Of a stretch of 64,000 nucleotides of DNA, positions 1 to 9,523 are shown piece after piece. The stretch covers positions 2,080,001 through 2,144,000 of the forward strand of contig OY781066.1 in assembly GCA_963676395.1 (NCBI GenBank), given 5' to 3'. This DNA is from a bacterium (GTDB taxonomy: Bacteria > Fidelibacterota > Fidelibacteria > Fidelibacterales > Fidelibacteraceae). The translations under genes were made by a program, and so were the position numbers. The first letter of the stretch is position 1; each line of letters opens with the position of its first letter. Below the pieces are notes generated by a model that worked only from the letters and a program-made list of their open reading frames with translations, did no database searches and had not been told where the DNA came from.

Positions 1-2
1 TC

Positions 3-1082
3 CTAATCAGACTTATGGGTTCCTTGAACATTTGTTCTAAAGATCCTGTTATTCGTGTTTACGATCATGAAGTCAAAGGTAAGACCGTCATCAAACCCCT
101 GATGGGTGAGGATGGGAATGCGCCTCAGGATGCCGGTGTGATCAGGATCGATCATAACAGTTTTACCGGTGTAGCGGTATCGAATGGTATTTTGCCCAGG
201 TATGGTGACATCGATGCCTATGAAATGTCGGCGGGTTCATTTGATGAAGCTGTTCGTCAGATCATTGCGGTAGGTGGTAAGTTACCCAATCCAAATAAAA
301 AAGATGGTATTTTTTGGACCGTGAACGATAACTTTTGTGTTCCGGATTCGCTTTACGATGCAGAAAAAAATCCCGATGGTAAGTATAAGCTGGCGCAGTT
401 GGTGCGCATGAATGAAGCGCTATATGATATGGCTACGTATTTCAATATTCCGCTGACTTCAGGTAAGGACAGCATGAAGAATGATTTCAAAAAAGGTGAT
501 GTTAAGATCTCAGTACCACCGACCATTTTATATTCTATGGTTGCAAAGATTGATGATGTTCGCAAGACCTTGACATCTGATTTCAAAGAAGCCGGTGATG
601 TGATCTATCAGGTAGGAAAGACCTATAATGAACTTGGTGGTTCGGAATGTTATGCACTTTTTGATGTGCTGGGTGCGAATGTTCCCAAAGTCCGTAAAGA
701 TGATGCAAAACGTATTTATGATAAAATGAGTCAAGCTAATGAAGCTGGTTTGCTGGCATCGGTACATGATATGTCCGATGGAGGTTTAGCCGTTGCTCTT
801 GCCGAATCTGCATTCGGAGGTCGTAAAGGTTGTCAGATAGTGATCAACGAAACTGAAATAGGTGCTTTGGCTGAACTTTATTCTGAATCACACTCACGGT
901 TTGTTGTTTCTGTCGAAGCCACTAAAGCCGAAGAATTTGAAGCACTACTTGGTGCAGATTGTACAAAACTTGGCTTGGTGACAGATGAGGATAATATGAG
1001 CATTTTTGTTGAAAATAAAGAAGTTATTAAAAGTAAAGTTTCAAACCTGCATGAGGCCTGGAGCAATGGTTTAAGAAAATAA
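3..1082 (+). CDS. purL: Phosphoribosylformylglycinamidine synthase PurL, C-terminal part (truncated by the window start)
   Basis: Frame is open from the window edge. Motifs YDHEV, DNFC, SGKDSMKN, HDMSDGGL, LYSESHSRFVV. Directly upstream of purQ. Confidence 0.93.
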   Translation, partial: LIRLMGSLNICSKDPVIRVYDHEVKGKTVIKPLMGEDGNAPQDAGVIRIDHNSFTGVAVSNGILPRYGDIDAYEMSAGSFDEAVRQIIAVGGKLPNPNKKDGIFWTVNDNFCVPDSLYDAEKNPDGKYKLAQLVRMNEALYDMATYFNIPLTSGKDSMKNDFKKGDVKISVPPTILYSMVAKIDDVRKTLTSDFKEAGDVIYQVGKTYNELGGSECYALFDVLGANVPKVRKDDAKRIYDKMSQANEAGLLASVHDMSDGGLAVALAESAFGGRKGCQIVINETEIGALAELYSESHSRFVVSVEATKAEEFEALLGADCTKLGLVTDEDNMSIFVENKEVIKSKVSNLHEAWSNGLRK

Positions 1083-1092
1083 AGGAAGCATC

Positions 1093-1914
1093 ATGGTAAA
1101 AGCACTGGTCGTTACCGGTTTTGGTATTAACTGTGAAGAGGAAATGGCAGCAGCATATCGTCTTGCGGGTGCTGAAGCCACCATTTTGCATCTAAATGAA
1201 CTCTTTCAAGAAAGAGACAGCATTCATAACTACGATATTTTAAACTTTCCCGGTGGATTTTCATTTGGTGATGATATCGGTTCTGCAAAAGTCTTGGCTA
1301 ATAAATTTAAATTCAAGAAAATGAAATCCGGTAAACTGTTCATTGATGAGATTACACAGTTTTTAAATGATGGTAAATACATTATTGGTGTATGTAATGG
1401 TTTCCAAGCCTTGGTAAAAATGGGCTTACTGCCAAATATTGCTGGTAAGTTTGAACAAGAAGTCACGCTCACCAACAATGCTTCCGGTCACTTTGAAGAT
1501 CGTTGGGTACATTGTTTACTTACACCCGATAATCCTACGCCCTTTCTATCTGATCCTGCTATAAGCGGTATGGATTTGCCTGTGCGACACGGTGAAGGAA
1601 AGTTACTGATCCGTGATGATGAGATCCGTCAGGCTATTCTTGATAATAAGTTGAACGTACTGACCTATGCCGATAAGGATAAACAACCGACGGCTGAATA
1701 TCCTGCAAATCCCAATGGTTCCGACTTGAATTGTGCGGGACTTTGCGATCTTAGCGGTCAGGTATTTGGATTAATGCCTCACCCTGAAGCATATCTTTCA
1801 CTTTATAATCATCCGGATTGGACGGGTAAGAAACGCTCTAATCCAGATGTTTCGGAAGATGGGGAAGGATTGGGGATTTTTAAAAATATTGTAAATAAAA
1901 TTCAATCAAAATAA
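1093..1914 (+). CDS. purQ: FGAM synthase glutaminase subunit PurQ
   Basis: G.NCE, PGGFSFGDD, GVCNGFQ (catalytic Cys), HGEG and MPHPE motifs. Confidence 0.95.
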   Translation: MVKALVVTGFGINCEEEMAAAYRLAGAEATILHLNELFQERDSIHNYDILNFPGGFSFGDDIGSAKVLANKFKFKKMKSGKLFIDEITQFLNDGKYIIGVCNGFQALVKMGLLPNIAGKFEQEVTLTNNASGHFEDRWVHCLLTPDNPTPFLSDPAISGMDLPVRHGEGKLLIRDDEIRQAILDNKLNVLTYADKDKQPTAEYPANPNGSDLNCAGLCDLSGQVFGLMPHPEAYLSLYNHPDWTGKKRSNPDVSEDGEGLGIFKNIVNKIQSK

Positions 1915-1917
1915 CTG

Positions 1918-1945
1918 GTAGGGAGCGGTTGCAATCGTTCTTTAC
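1918..1945. repeat. 28-bp REP-like palindrome, degenerate copy
   Basis: gtagggagcggttgcaatcgttctttac aligns with the copy at 38235-38262. Confidence 0.65.
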
Positions 1946-1962
1946 AACATGAATGTTATAAA

Positions 1963-2928
1963 ATGACAAGCATCAGACAACAAGCTCAACATCGTCGCCT
2001 CCGAGTGGTAGCCTTTTACGAGAATGCCTGGGAGTTCATTGTTCGCCTGTTAATGGGGCTTGGGATTTATATCGTTTTACGCATTATTTTAATGAGCTAT
2101 CTCACAAGAGTACAAGGCATTGCACTAACTTTTGCCGATAGTTTGGCGGAGCTGAGTGTTTTATTGCTTAGCGCAATACTTATGATATTGTTCATTTGGT
2201 TTAAAGGTTCTCGCTCACATTTGGCGACTGCATTATGGATGCCGGCAATTTTGTGTTTAGTGATCGCGGATTCATTAAGATTGTTTCATCTTATAATGGC
2301 AGGACATACCTTTGATGCAATATGGGGTTATTTGCCTTTTTTAATTCCACTTATACTGATGTTGCTTTATTGGGCGCTTGATCCTGACTCTCTGATCTTT
2401 CGAATTGCCGCAAGCTTATTCTTTCTTGCGATGAGTATATTTTGGGTAAGTGATATTCCAAAGAGTTTACAAGAAGCCAAAGATGTTCAAAGCATGGTGA
2501 GAGCTTATCAGGAATTTTCAATGGTTTTGCAAGAAGATCATATGCTTGATTTTAAAAAGTCACCTAGGGCGGTTGAAACTAAAACCGTTACTAGTGTTTG
2601 GCATTCAAAGCTCGTTAATCAATACGATTATAAATTGGCTGAGGATATCCCGGAAGTGGAAAATATCTATTATGTGATGGGGACGGATATAATTATTTCT
2701 GGAGTTAAAGAAGAGCTTAAAGAAAGCACTCAAGTGTTGAGTTACGCTAAACTAGAGTATATTTCATTACATTATTTTTTCAAATATGTTACCAGCCGAA
2801 AAATAGTAACAAGGGATTTTCAATATACCGGCAACGCATTTTTCATAGTTAAATTGAAAAATAAGGAAGCGCTTGTCGTAGATAATGTATTGGTAAGAAA
2901 ACAAACAAAGGAGGCTATAGCGTCATGA
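1963..2928 (+). CDS. Hypothetical membrane protein (about 5 N-terminal TM helices plus a soluble C-terminal domain)
   Basis: 321-aa ORF with hydrophobic segments; its stop overlaps the purH start (ATGA). Confidence 0.75.
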   Translation: MTSIRQQAQHRRLRVVAFYENAWEFIVRLLMGLGIYIVLRIILMSYLTRVQGIALTFADSLAELSVLLLSAILMILFIWFKGSRSHLATALWMPAILCLVIADSLRLFHLIMAGHTFDAIWGYLPFLIPLILMLLYWALDPDSLIFRIAASLFFLAMSIFWVSDIPKSLQEAKDVQSMVRAYQEFSMVLQEDHMLDFKKSPRAVETKTVTSVWHSKLVNQYDYKLAEDIPEVENIYYVMGTDIIISGVKEELKESTQVLSYAKLEYISLHYFFKYVTSRKIVTRDFQYTGNAFFIVKLKNKEALVVDNVLVRKQTKEAIAS

Positions 2929-4529
2929 TCAAGATCAAACGAGCATTGATCTCAGTATCGGATAAAACCGGGATCGTGGATTTTGCAGCTGCACTGGAGA
3001 GACAGGGCTGTGAGATCATATCAACCGGTGGAACTAAGAAAGTCCTGCAAGAAGCGGGTATTGAAGTCACCGATATTTCAAAAGTCACAGGTAACCCCGA
3101 AGCTTTTGGCGGAAGAATGAAAACCATTTCTTTTCAGATTGAATCTGCCTTGCTTTATGACCGTGAAAAAGACGCTGAAGAGGCTAAATCTTTGAATATA
3201 GAGCCGATCGATATGGTGGTCTGCAACTTATACCCTTTTGCAAAAGTAAAGGCTCAGGGTGCAGATTTTCCGACGCTCATTGAAAATATTGATATCGGCG
3301 GTCCAACTATGGTCCGCGCTTCCGCCAAAAATTATAAATATGTCGCAACTGTTGTTGATCCTCTTGATTATCCTGCCTTGTTGGAAGAGTTAGTCAAGAA
3401 TGCCGGGGCGCTTGAAGAGTCGACTCGATTCAATTTAATGCGAAAAGCTTTTAATCACACCGCTGACTACGATGCATTGATCGCAACGACCCTGGATGCC
3501 GAAGCCGGTGAATTATCCGTGCGCTTGGCTTATGATCAAGCCAAGAAATTGCGTTATGGCGAGAATTCACATCAGGATGGTTATTTTCTGCGACAAAAAG
3601 GAGCAGACAGCTCTTATTATGATATGAAAGTTCTGCACGGTAAAGAATTGTCATACAACAATATGTTTGATATGTACGGCGCCATTGAGTCTATTCGCGA
3701 TATGCGTCAGCATGGTGTTGCCGTGATCAAACATGCCAATCCTTGCGGTTTAGCAACAGGGGACGATCAACGGAAATGTATGGAATTAGCATGGGCCGGT
3801 GATCCCGTATCGGCTTATGGTTCCGTGATCGCATTTAATACTGTTGTCGAACGTGAAACGGTTGAGTTTTTTGCCTTGGATGCCGAAGATAAAAGTAAGC
3901 GTAAATTTGTAGAAATAGTGGTTGCACCCGGTTTTACGCCTGATGCTCTCGAATACTTACAGCTTCACAAGAATTTACGTGTTGTTGAGTTTGACCCTCA
4001 TTTCTTATTTCCTGAAAAAGATATGAAGGTGTTGCATAATGCATTGTTATATCAGGATTCAGATCTTAAGATCAAAGCAAAAATGGATAATGTTACAGAA
4101 TTAAAAGCTAAGATAGATGATGAATTACTAGACTTTGGTTTAAAAACCGTACGTCAATTAAAATCAAATGCTATTTGTATTGTTCGCAAACTTAAAAGCG
4201 GTTATTGTCAACTTCTTGGTATGGGGTGCGGACAGCCTAATCGTTTAAATTCTACGGAATTGAGCGTAAAACGTTCACGCGAAAATTTAAAAGCGGAGTG
4301 GAACGGTGAAGGTAATGTAGAAGATTTTATTGCAGCTAAAATGTCTGAGGCCGTGTTGGTTTCCGATGCATTTTTTCCATTTCCCGATAATGTCGAAGTT
4401 GCCCACGAAGCCGGTTTAAGAACCATTGTTCAACCCGGTGGATCCATTCGTGATAAAAGTGTAATTGCGAAAGCGGATGAGTTGGGAATGGGAATGGTAT
4501 ATGTTGGGATGAGGCATTTTAAACATTAA
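2925..4529 (+). CDS. purH: Bifunctional AICAR transformylase/IMP cyclohydrolase
   Basis: ALISVSDKTG, STGGT, IDIGGPTM, LRYGEN, KHANPCG, SDAFFPF, QPGGSIRD, RHFKH. Confidence 0.97.
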   Translation: MIKIKRALISVSDKTGIVDFAAALERQGCEIISTGGTKKVLQEAGIEVTDISKVTGNPEAFGGRMKTISFQIESALLYDREKDAEEAKSLNIEPIDMVVCNLYPFAKVKAQGADFPTLIENIDIGGPTMVRASAKNYKYVATVVDPLDYPALLEELVKNAGALEESTRFNLMRKAFNHTADYDALIATTLDAEAGELSVRLAYDQAKKLRYGENSHQDGYFLRQKGADSSYYDMKVLHGKELSYNNMFDMYGAIESIRDMRQHGVAVIKHANPCGLATGDDQRKCMELAWAGDPVSAYGSVIAFNTVVERETVEFFALDAEDKSKRKFVEIVVAPGFTPDALEYLQLHKNLRVVEFDPHFLFPEKDMKVLHNALLYQDSDLKIKAKMDNVTELKAKIDDELLDFGLKTVRQLKSNAICIVRKLKSGYCQLLGMGCGQPNRLNSTELSVKRSRENLKAEWNGEGNVEDFIAAKMSEAVLVSDAFFPFPDNVEVAHEAGLRTIVQPGGSIRDKSVIAKADELGMGMVYVGMRHFKH

Positions 4530-4619
4530 CAGCCTACGGCGATCAGTTATTGCTAAATAGCATGCTGACAGTAATAGGCTGAAGGCTGAAAGCTTAAAAT
4601 AATAAAGAGGAGTACATAT

Positions 4620-5999
4620 ATGAAAGCCATGCAAACTATCTCAAGCCCACAGATTAAAAAGATCCATAAGGGCAAAGTGCGTGACAGTTTTAGAATTGAT
4701 GACAAACGTCGCTTGATCGTAGCGACCGATCGTATATCCAGTTTTGATATGGTTTTGGATTCTCTTATTCCGGGCAAAGGAGCTGTGTTGAATTCATTGG
4801 CTGCATGGTGGTTTGATAATACCAAAGATATTGTTGAAAACCATTTGATTAAACCTATTGGTGTGAATGCTTCTTTGGTTCATGATGTAGAACCCATTAA
4901 AATTGAGATGATTGTTCGTGGATATATTACAGGTTCGGCATGGCGTAAATACGAAAAAGGCGGCAGGGAAGTATCCGGTGTTGAAATTCCTGACGGTTTA
5001 AAGAAAAATGATAAATTTCCCACCCCGATTTTGACTCCGACCACCAAAGAAGAAAGTGATCGTGAAATCTCACGTGAAGATCTTTTAGCAGAAGGTTGGA
5101 CAACGGAAAATATCTATAAACAAATGGAAGAGTACTCACTCAAACTTTTCGAACGCGGTTCAAAAGTATTGAGAGAAAAGGGTATTATTCTTGTTGACAC
5201 AAAATATGAATTCGGTTTAAAAGATGGTAAGGTCATTTTGATCGATGAGATCCATACACCCGATTCATCACGATTTTGGTCTGCGGAAGATTATGAAAAG
5301 AATGTTGAAAAAGTCGAGCAGCTGGATAAAGAATTTGTCCGTACATACTTGATGAAAAATAAAGTAGATGGTAAGTATCCCACTACACTGCCCAACGAAA
5401 TTATTGCCGAAACCGTTCGTCGCTATGAAGGTATTTATAAAATGATTACCGCTGAAGATATTCTTCATGTTAAACGACCGGAACACTATCTTGCAGCATG
5501 TTTACAGGATGAAGGTTTGATGAAAGATGGATTTGTATCCATTATTATGGGCTCATCTTCTGATCTTCCTCATGCCGAGAAAATGAAAAACATCATTGAA
5601 AAATATGATATTCCATGTGATCTGCGTATCATGTCCGCTCACAAGAACGGAGAAGCTATTTTGACTATTGCTGATGAATATAACCATGCGCTTGAGCCTG
5701 TTACCGTGATCGCTGTTGCCGGACGTTCAAACGGACTTGGTGGTGCATTGGCGGCCAATTTGAGTTGTCCGGTTATTTCTTGTCCTCCATTTGCTGATAA
5801 AGTTGATCTGATGGTGAATATCAACTCATCCTTGATGATGCCTTCTAATACACCGGCAGCGACTGTTGTCGATCCTAAAAATGCGGCATATCTTGCGCTT
5901 CGTTCATTAAATCTTCATCGTTTGAAAAATGTGATATCAGATGAGATCGCTGAAATTAAAGCTGGGTTGTTGGAAGCTGATGCTAAAGTGAGGATGTAA
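4620..5999 (+). CDS. purC-purE: Fusion of SAICAR synthetase (PurC) and class II-like AIR carboxylase (PurE)
   Basis: N-terminal GKVRD, DRIS, DTKYEFG, DEIHTPDSSRFW. C-terminal MGSSSDL, SAHK, AVAGRSNGLG, PVISCPP. Confidence 0.93.
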   Translation: MKAMQTISSPQIKKIHKGKVRDSFRIDDKRRLIVATDRISSFDMVLDSLIPGKGAVLNSLAAWWFDNTKDIVENHLIKPIGVNASLVHDVEPIKIEMIVRGYITGSAWRKYEKGGREVSGVEIPDGLKKNDKFPTPILTPTTKEESDREISREDLLAEGWTTENIYKQMEEYSLKLFERGSKVLREKGIILVDTKYEFGLKDGKVILIDEIHTPDSSRFWSAEDYEKNVEKVEQLDKEFVRTYLMKNKVDGKYPTTLPNEIIAETVRRYEGIYKMITAEDILHVKRPEHYLAACLQDEGLMKDGFVSIIMGSSSDLPHAEKMKNIIEKYDIPCDLRIMSAHKNGEAILTIADEYNHALEPVTVIAVAGRSNGLGGALAANLSCPVISCPPFADKVDLMVNINSSLMMPSNTPAATVVDPKNAAYLALRSLNLHRLKNVISDEIAEIKAGLLEADAKVRM

Positions 6000-6013
6000 A
6001 GGATAAATAGAAA

Positions 6014-6041
6014 ATAAGGAACGGTCTAAACCGTTCCTTAC
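6014..6041. repeat. 28-bp REP-like palindrome
   Basis: ataaggaacggtctaaaccgttccttac, near-identical to 38235-38262. Confidence 0.8.
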
Positions 6042-6058
6042 ATTTTTGGATAAAATAC

Positions 6059-6085
6059 AAACGCCTCCCATTGGGAGGCGTTTTC
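6059..6085. terminator. Probable bidirectional intrinsic terminator between convergent purC/E and bioY
   Basis: aaacgcctccca-t-tgggaggcgttt perfect inverted repeat with A/T flanks. Confidence 0.75.
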
Positions 6086-6135
6086 TTATTTTGCTAGTGT
6101 AATGGACTGTTATAACCGTCCGATACACTTCATCA

Positions 6136-6678
6136 TTATTTTTTAATAATAGGGATCAATGCAAACGCAATAAAGGTTTTTACAATTGCACCGGGTAGAA
6201 AAGGGACAAAACCTGCTGCTAATACCGTATTCCATCCTGTAAAATTAGCTAGCCAGAGTAACCCAAATGCAAAGACAATTGCATGACCGATCATCAAAGC
6301 AGCGATTGCCGTATGAACTTTATTATACCAGCCTTTATCACCCAGCCAACCCATGACGAATGCGGCAGGTATGAATCCAAGCAGGTAACCGCAGGTCGGG
6401 CCGATCAGGGTTGCCAGTCCGAATGCGCCATTGGCAAATACGGGGAATCCAATAAATCCCATGGCAAGATAGGTGACTATTGCTGCCAGCGCACGTTTTT
6501 GTCCTAGCATGATTCCTGCGATCAAAACACCAAGCGTTTGACCTGTAACAGGGATCGGTTGAAGTGGAATTGATATGCGCGATAATGCTGCCAACATTAA
6601 AACGGCAGACATGATCATTGTTATTTCTTTAACAATGGGATTTGATGATACGATTGAAACCTTGCTTTCTGTTCTCAT
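6136..6678 (-). CDS. bioY: Biotin transporter BioY (ECF S component)
   Basis: P.P.TGQT, G.PVFA, GPT.GYL.GF and PF.PG..K motifs; hydrophobic 180 aa. Confidence 0.92.
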   Translation of the reverse strand: MRTESKVSIVSSNPIVKEITMIMSAVLMLAALSRISIPLQPIPVTGQTLGVLIAGIMLGQKRALAAIVTYLAMGFIGFPVFANGAFGLATLIGPTCGYLLGFIPAAFVMGWLGDKGWYNKVHTAIAALMIGHAIVFAFGLLWLANFTGWNTVLAAGFVPFLPGAIVKTFIAFALIPIIKK

Positions 6679-6887
6679 ATTACCTTCCTGTGATACTTAA
6701 TTTCAAGACGAGAAGATAAAATTAATAATTAAGAATTAAAAATTAAAAATGGAAAAAAGGTACCATAAATAAATTGGCAGGCGGGGAATACACGCGAGTG
6801 TTCTTGCTTATTCATGAGACTTATAACAGCTACGCGCTAAAACCAAGCCTTATGAATACTTTTATTAATAGGAATACAGATCACTGA

Positions 6888-7807
6888 TCACGGCAACACA
6901 TTTCCCGCTGCCCGATATACCTCATACCACTCTTCACGACTCATTTCAATATTCGTTGCTTCGCATATCTGTGTCAGTCGATCGGGCTTGGTCGTGCCAA
7001 CGATTGGCTGCATTTTTGCAGGATGTCGCAGTATCCATGCAATGGCAATGGCATTCTTGTTAGTATGTTTCTCTTGAGCAAGTCGATCCAATACGGTATT
7101 CAGTTCAAGGAAATCCGGATGATTGATAAATACACCTTCAAAAAAGCCGAACATAAATGGCGACCAAGGCTGAATACGAATATCATGTAGTCGGCAATAT
7201 TCCAGAATGCCACTATCATGATCGATAGATGCAGTGTTTTCCATGTTGACATTTAATCCGGAGTCGATCATACCTGTATTGGTAATGGAGAACTGAAGTT
7301 GATTGATGATCAGTTTTTGGTCTAAATATTCCTGTAAAAGAGCGATTTGCCCACTATTATGGTTTGAGACGCCGAAATGTCTTACTTTTCCCGTCGATTC
7401 AAGGGTAGAGAAGGCTTCTGCGACCTCTTCAGGCTCCATGAGTGTGATCCGGGTCGGTGCAAGAGAAAGGTATCGATATAATCCGTCTTTAGTCGTTTTA
7501 AACTTTCATTAACCGAGTGAAGGATATGTTCTTTTGAAAAATCGAAGAATCCCTTACGGATACCACATTTTGTTTGAATATAGATATTTTCTCTTATTTC
7601 ATCATTCATGTTAAGGGCTTGGGCAAAGATCTCTTCAGATTTTCCTGCTCCATAGATATCGGCATGATCGAAAAAGTTAATACCGCAGTCAATAGCGGTT
7701 TTTAATAAAAATTCTGCATCTTTGATATTCATCTTTGCAATGCGCATGCAACCGTGGATGATCTCGGATGTGGGAAGATCGGTTTGAGGGAGGGGAAGTT
7801 TTTTCAT
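6888..7807 (-). pseudogene. Aldo/keto reductase (YdhF/YcsN-like) split by a frameshift near 7440-7453; pseudogene or assembly error
   Basis: The N-terminal ORF (GCMR, FDHADIYG, QTKCGI, LLHRP) continues in another frame as MEPEEVAEAF...GVSN...NQLQ...PWSP...WILRHP. Confidence 0.8.
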
Positions 7808-7947
7808 ATGATTTTTAAGTTATGAGTTATAAGTGATGAGTACTCGAGGGGGCAATTTTCCTCTCCAGCAAATATCCCCGTGCTTGAAAGTAATATAAGC
7901 AATGCAATATATATTACTTTGTTTGGAATAAACGCTGTTTTTTTCAT
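7804..7947 (-). CDS. Small ORF (47 aa) with a signal-peptide-like sequence, not in the ORF track
   Basis: MKKTAFIPNKVIYIALLILLSSTGIFAGEENCPLEYSSLITHNLKII; RBS-like AGAAGGG upstream; stop overlaps the AKR start (ATGA). Confidence 0.45.
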   Translation of the reverse strand: MKKTAFIPNKVIYIALLILLSSTGIFAGEENCPLEYSSLITHNLKII

Positions 7948-8115
7948 TTTATACCCTTCTTGTTTAAGCTTTACTTAGATTCGATATATGTTAAAAACTT
8001 ATTAACATAATGTGGATGGGTGTAACTTGCATTCCTCTTTTGTATATGGTTTAATAAAAGGATAAAAAATTAAAATAGAAAAAGCGAGAAAAAATTACTG
8101 ATTACTAATCAGCGG

Positions 8116-8793
8116 TCATTTCAGATTATTGTTTACCGTTTCCTGCTTACTGAATTTCCGTCCTACCCACACAAAGTCATAGATTTGCCAAAACATTCGC
8201 TGTTCATCTTCCGTGCCGGGTTTATATACGTCTTCATGCCAATTATTTTTAAGAAGCTTTTTTATTTTTTTGGGATTGAGCTCATCCAGTTTCTCATAAA
8301 GATAATCTCGGACTTCGTAAGTGGTCCATTCAAAATCCTGGGGGTCAAAGGCAGCACATTTCAGGTATTTATATGACTGAAAATCATATTGTTCTGGACA
8401 TGGATGAAAATAGTTTGTTCGTTGCTCACCCTGTTTTTCTACGGCGGCACAAACAAGTTGTGAATCCATCATATGTTCATCATATAACCAGAGTTGAAGA
8501 TCATAAGCTTGCTTACCTTTTTTAAATGCTTTATCCCACTCATCATACATGCGTGCCATGGCATCCAACATACCTAAAAAAACAGGTAGGGGTGGTTTTT
8601 TTTTATTCATGGCATACCATGGCTTGATCCAAAGTCCGGCATGGTGATCTTTGAATTCATTTATGGCGTCCAATGGTGGTTCCTTGAATAATTCATACCA
8701 CATATTAATCCGTTTCATGAATTTACGTTCAGGAATTGGATGTGTGTGCATAGTTCTTTGGAGGTGTTTAAGTTGTTTTTCTAAATTTGGCAT
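8116..8793 (-). CDS. Hypothetical cytoplasmic protein
   Basis: ORF of about 225 aa. Start moved to MPNLEK because the track start at 8826 lies inside a hairpin. Confidence 0.7.
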   Translation of the reverse strand: MPNLEKQLKHLQRTMHTHPIPERKFMKRINMWYELFKEPPLDAINEFKDHHAGLWIKPWYAMNKKKPPLPVFLGMLDAMARMYDEWDKAFKKGKQAYDLQLWLYDEHMMDSQLVCAAVEKQGEQRTNYFHPCPEQYDFQSYKYLKCAAFDPQDFEWTTYEVRDYLYEKLDELNPKKIKKLLKNNWHEDVYKPGTEDEQRMFWQIYDFVWVGRKFSKQETVNNNLK

Positions 8794-8814
8794 AAATTTC
8801 TCTGATATAATGAA

Positions 8815-8837
8815 AAGCCGCAGCATTGCTGCGGCTT
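8815..8837 (-). terminator. Hairpin, probable terminator after the DUF4180 gene
   Basis: aagccgcagca-t-tgctgcggctt perfect inverted repeat, short T run on the minus strand. Confidence 0.55.
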
Positions 8838-8846
8838 AAATATAAG

Positions 8847-9209
8847 TTAATCACGTGTCAATAATTCAACGGCACGTTTAGCATCTTCAACGAAGATGAT
8901 GCGACCGGTTTTATTACTTTCGTACATAAAGTCTAACCAGCTTTTACGTTGCAGATCATCGAAATCACCAATTACGGCTAGATATTTATAGTAATTAATG
9001 ACTTTTTGCATGATTTCTCCCGCCAATTTTGTTTTCAGGTCAAAGAAATTATCATGTAGATGTTCTCGTTTAATCATGATCTTATTTGCACCTTGATAAT
9101 CGGCATTCCCTAATAGATCCAAGGCATCTTGTACCGTGGAAATTGGTTGTGATATAGATTCAAGTGCAGCGATTGTAGTATTGTTTATATTTAATATTGT
9201 CAGTTTCAT
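8847..9209 (-). CDS. DUF4180 family protein
   Basis: QDALDL, FFDLKTKLAGEIMQK..NY...LAVIGDF, F.YESN motifs. Confidence 0.85.
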   Translation of the reverse strand: MKLTILNINNTTIAALESISQPISTVQDALDLLGNADYQGANKIMIKREHLHDNFFDLKTKLAGEIMQKVINYYKYLAVIGDFDDLQRKSWLDFMYESNKTGRIIFVEDAKRAVELLTRD

Positions 9210-9289
9210 TTATCTTCCTAATGGTTTTGTTAAAAAAATGATCGGTTATCAATGAAGACAGACCGATCAGATAAAAAAATATCATTTGA

Positions 9290-9523
9290 TCAAGATCGAT
9301 CGTCGGGTGATTCTTCTGGATCTAAAAATTGATCTGAATCGGTATTATTCAGATCATTATTCACCTTTTTGATTTCTTTTGAACGTAAAATCAAGACAAT
9401 GAAAATACATAATAAACCCGGAAGAATATACAGGTAGTGTTTAACTGATACGGCAATAAGTATAAAGATTATTGCAAGAACAGCCAACAGTATATTCAGT
9501 AGGGCATAATTCCTTTTTTTCAT
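9290..9523 (-). CDS. Small two-TM membrane protein
   Basis: 77 aa with two hydrophobic helices; start overlaps the GDPD stop. Confidence 0.65.
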   Translation of the reverse strand: MKKRNYALLNILLAVLAIIFILIAVSVKHYLYILPGLLCIFIVLILRSKEIKKVNNDLNNTDSDQFLDPEESPDDRS

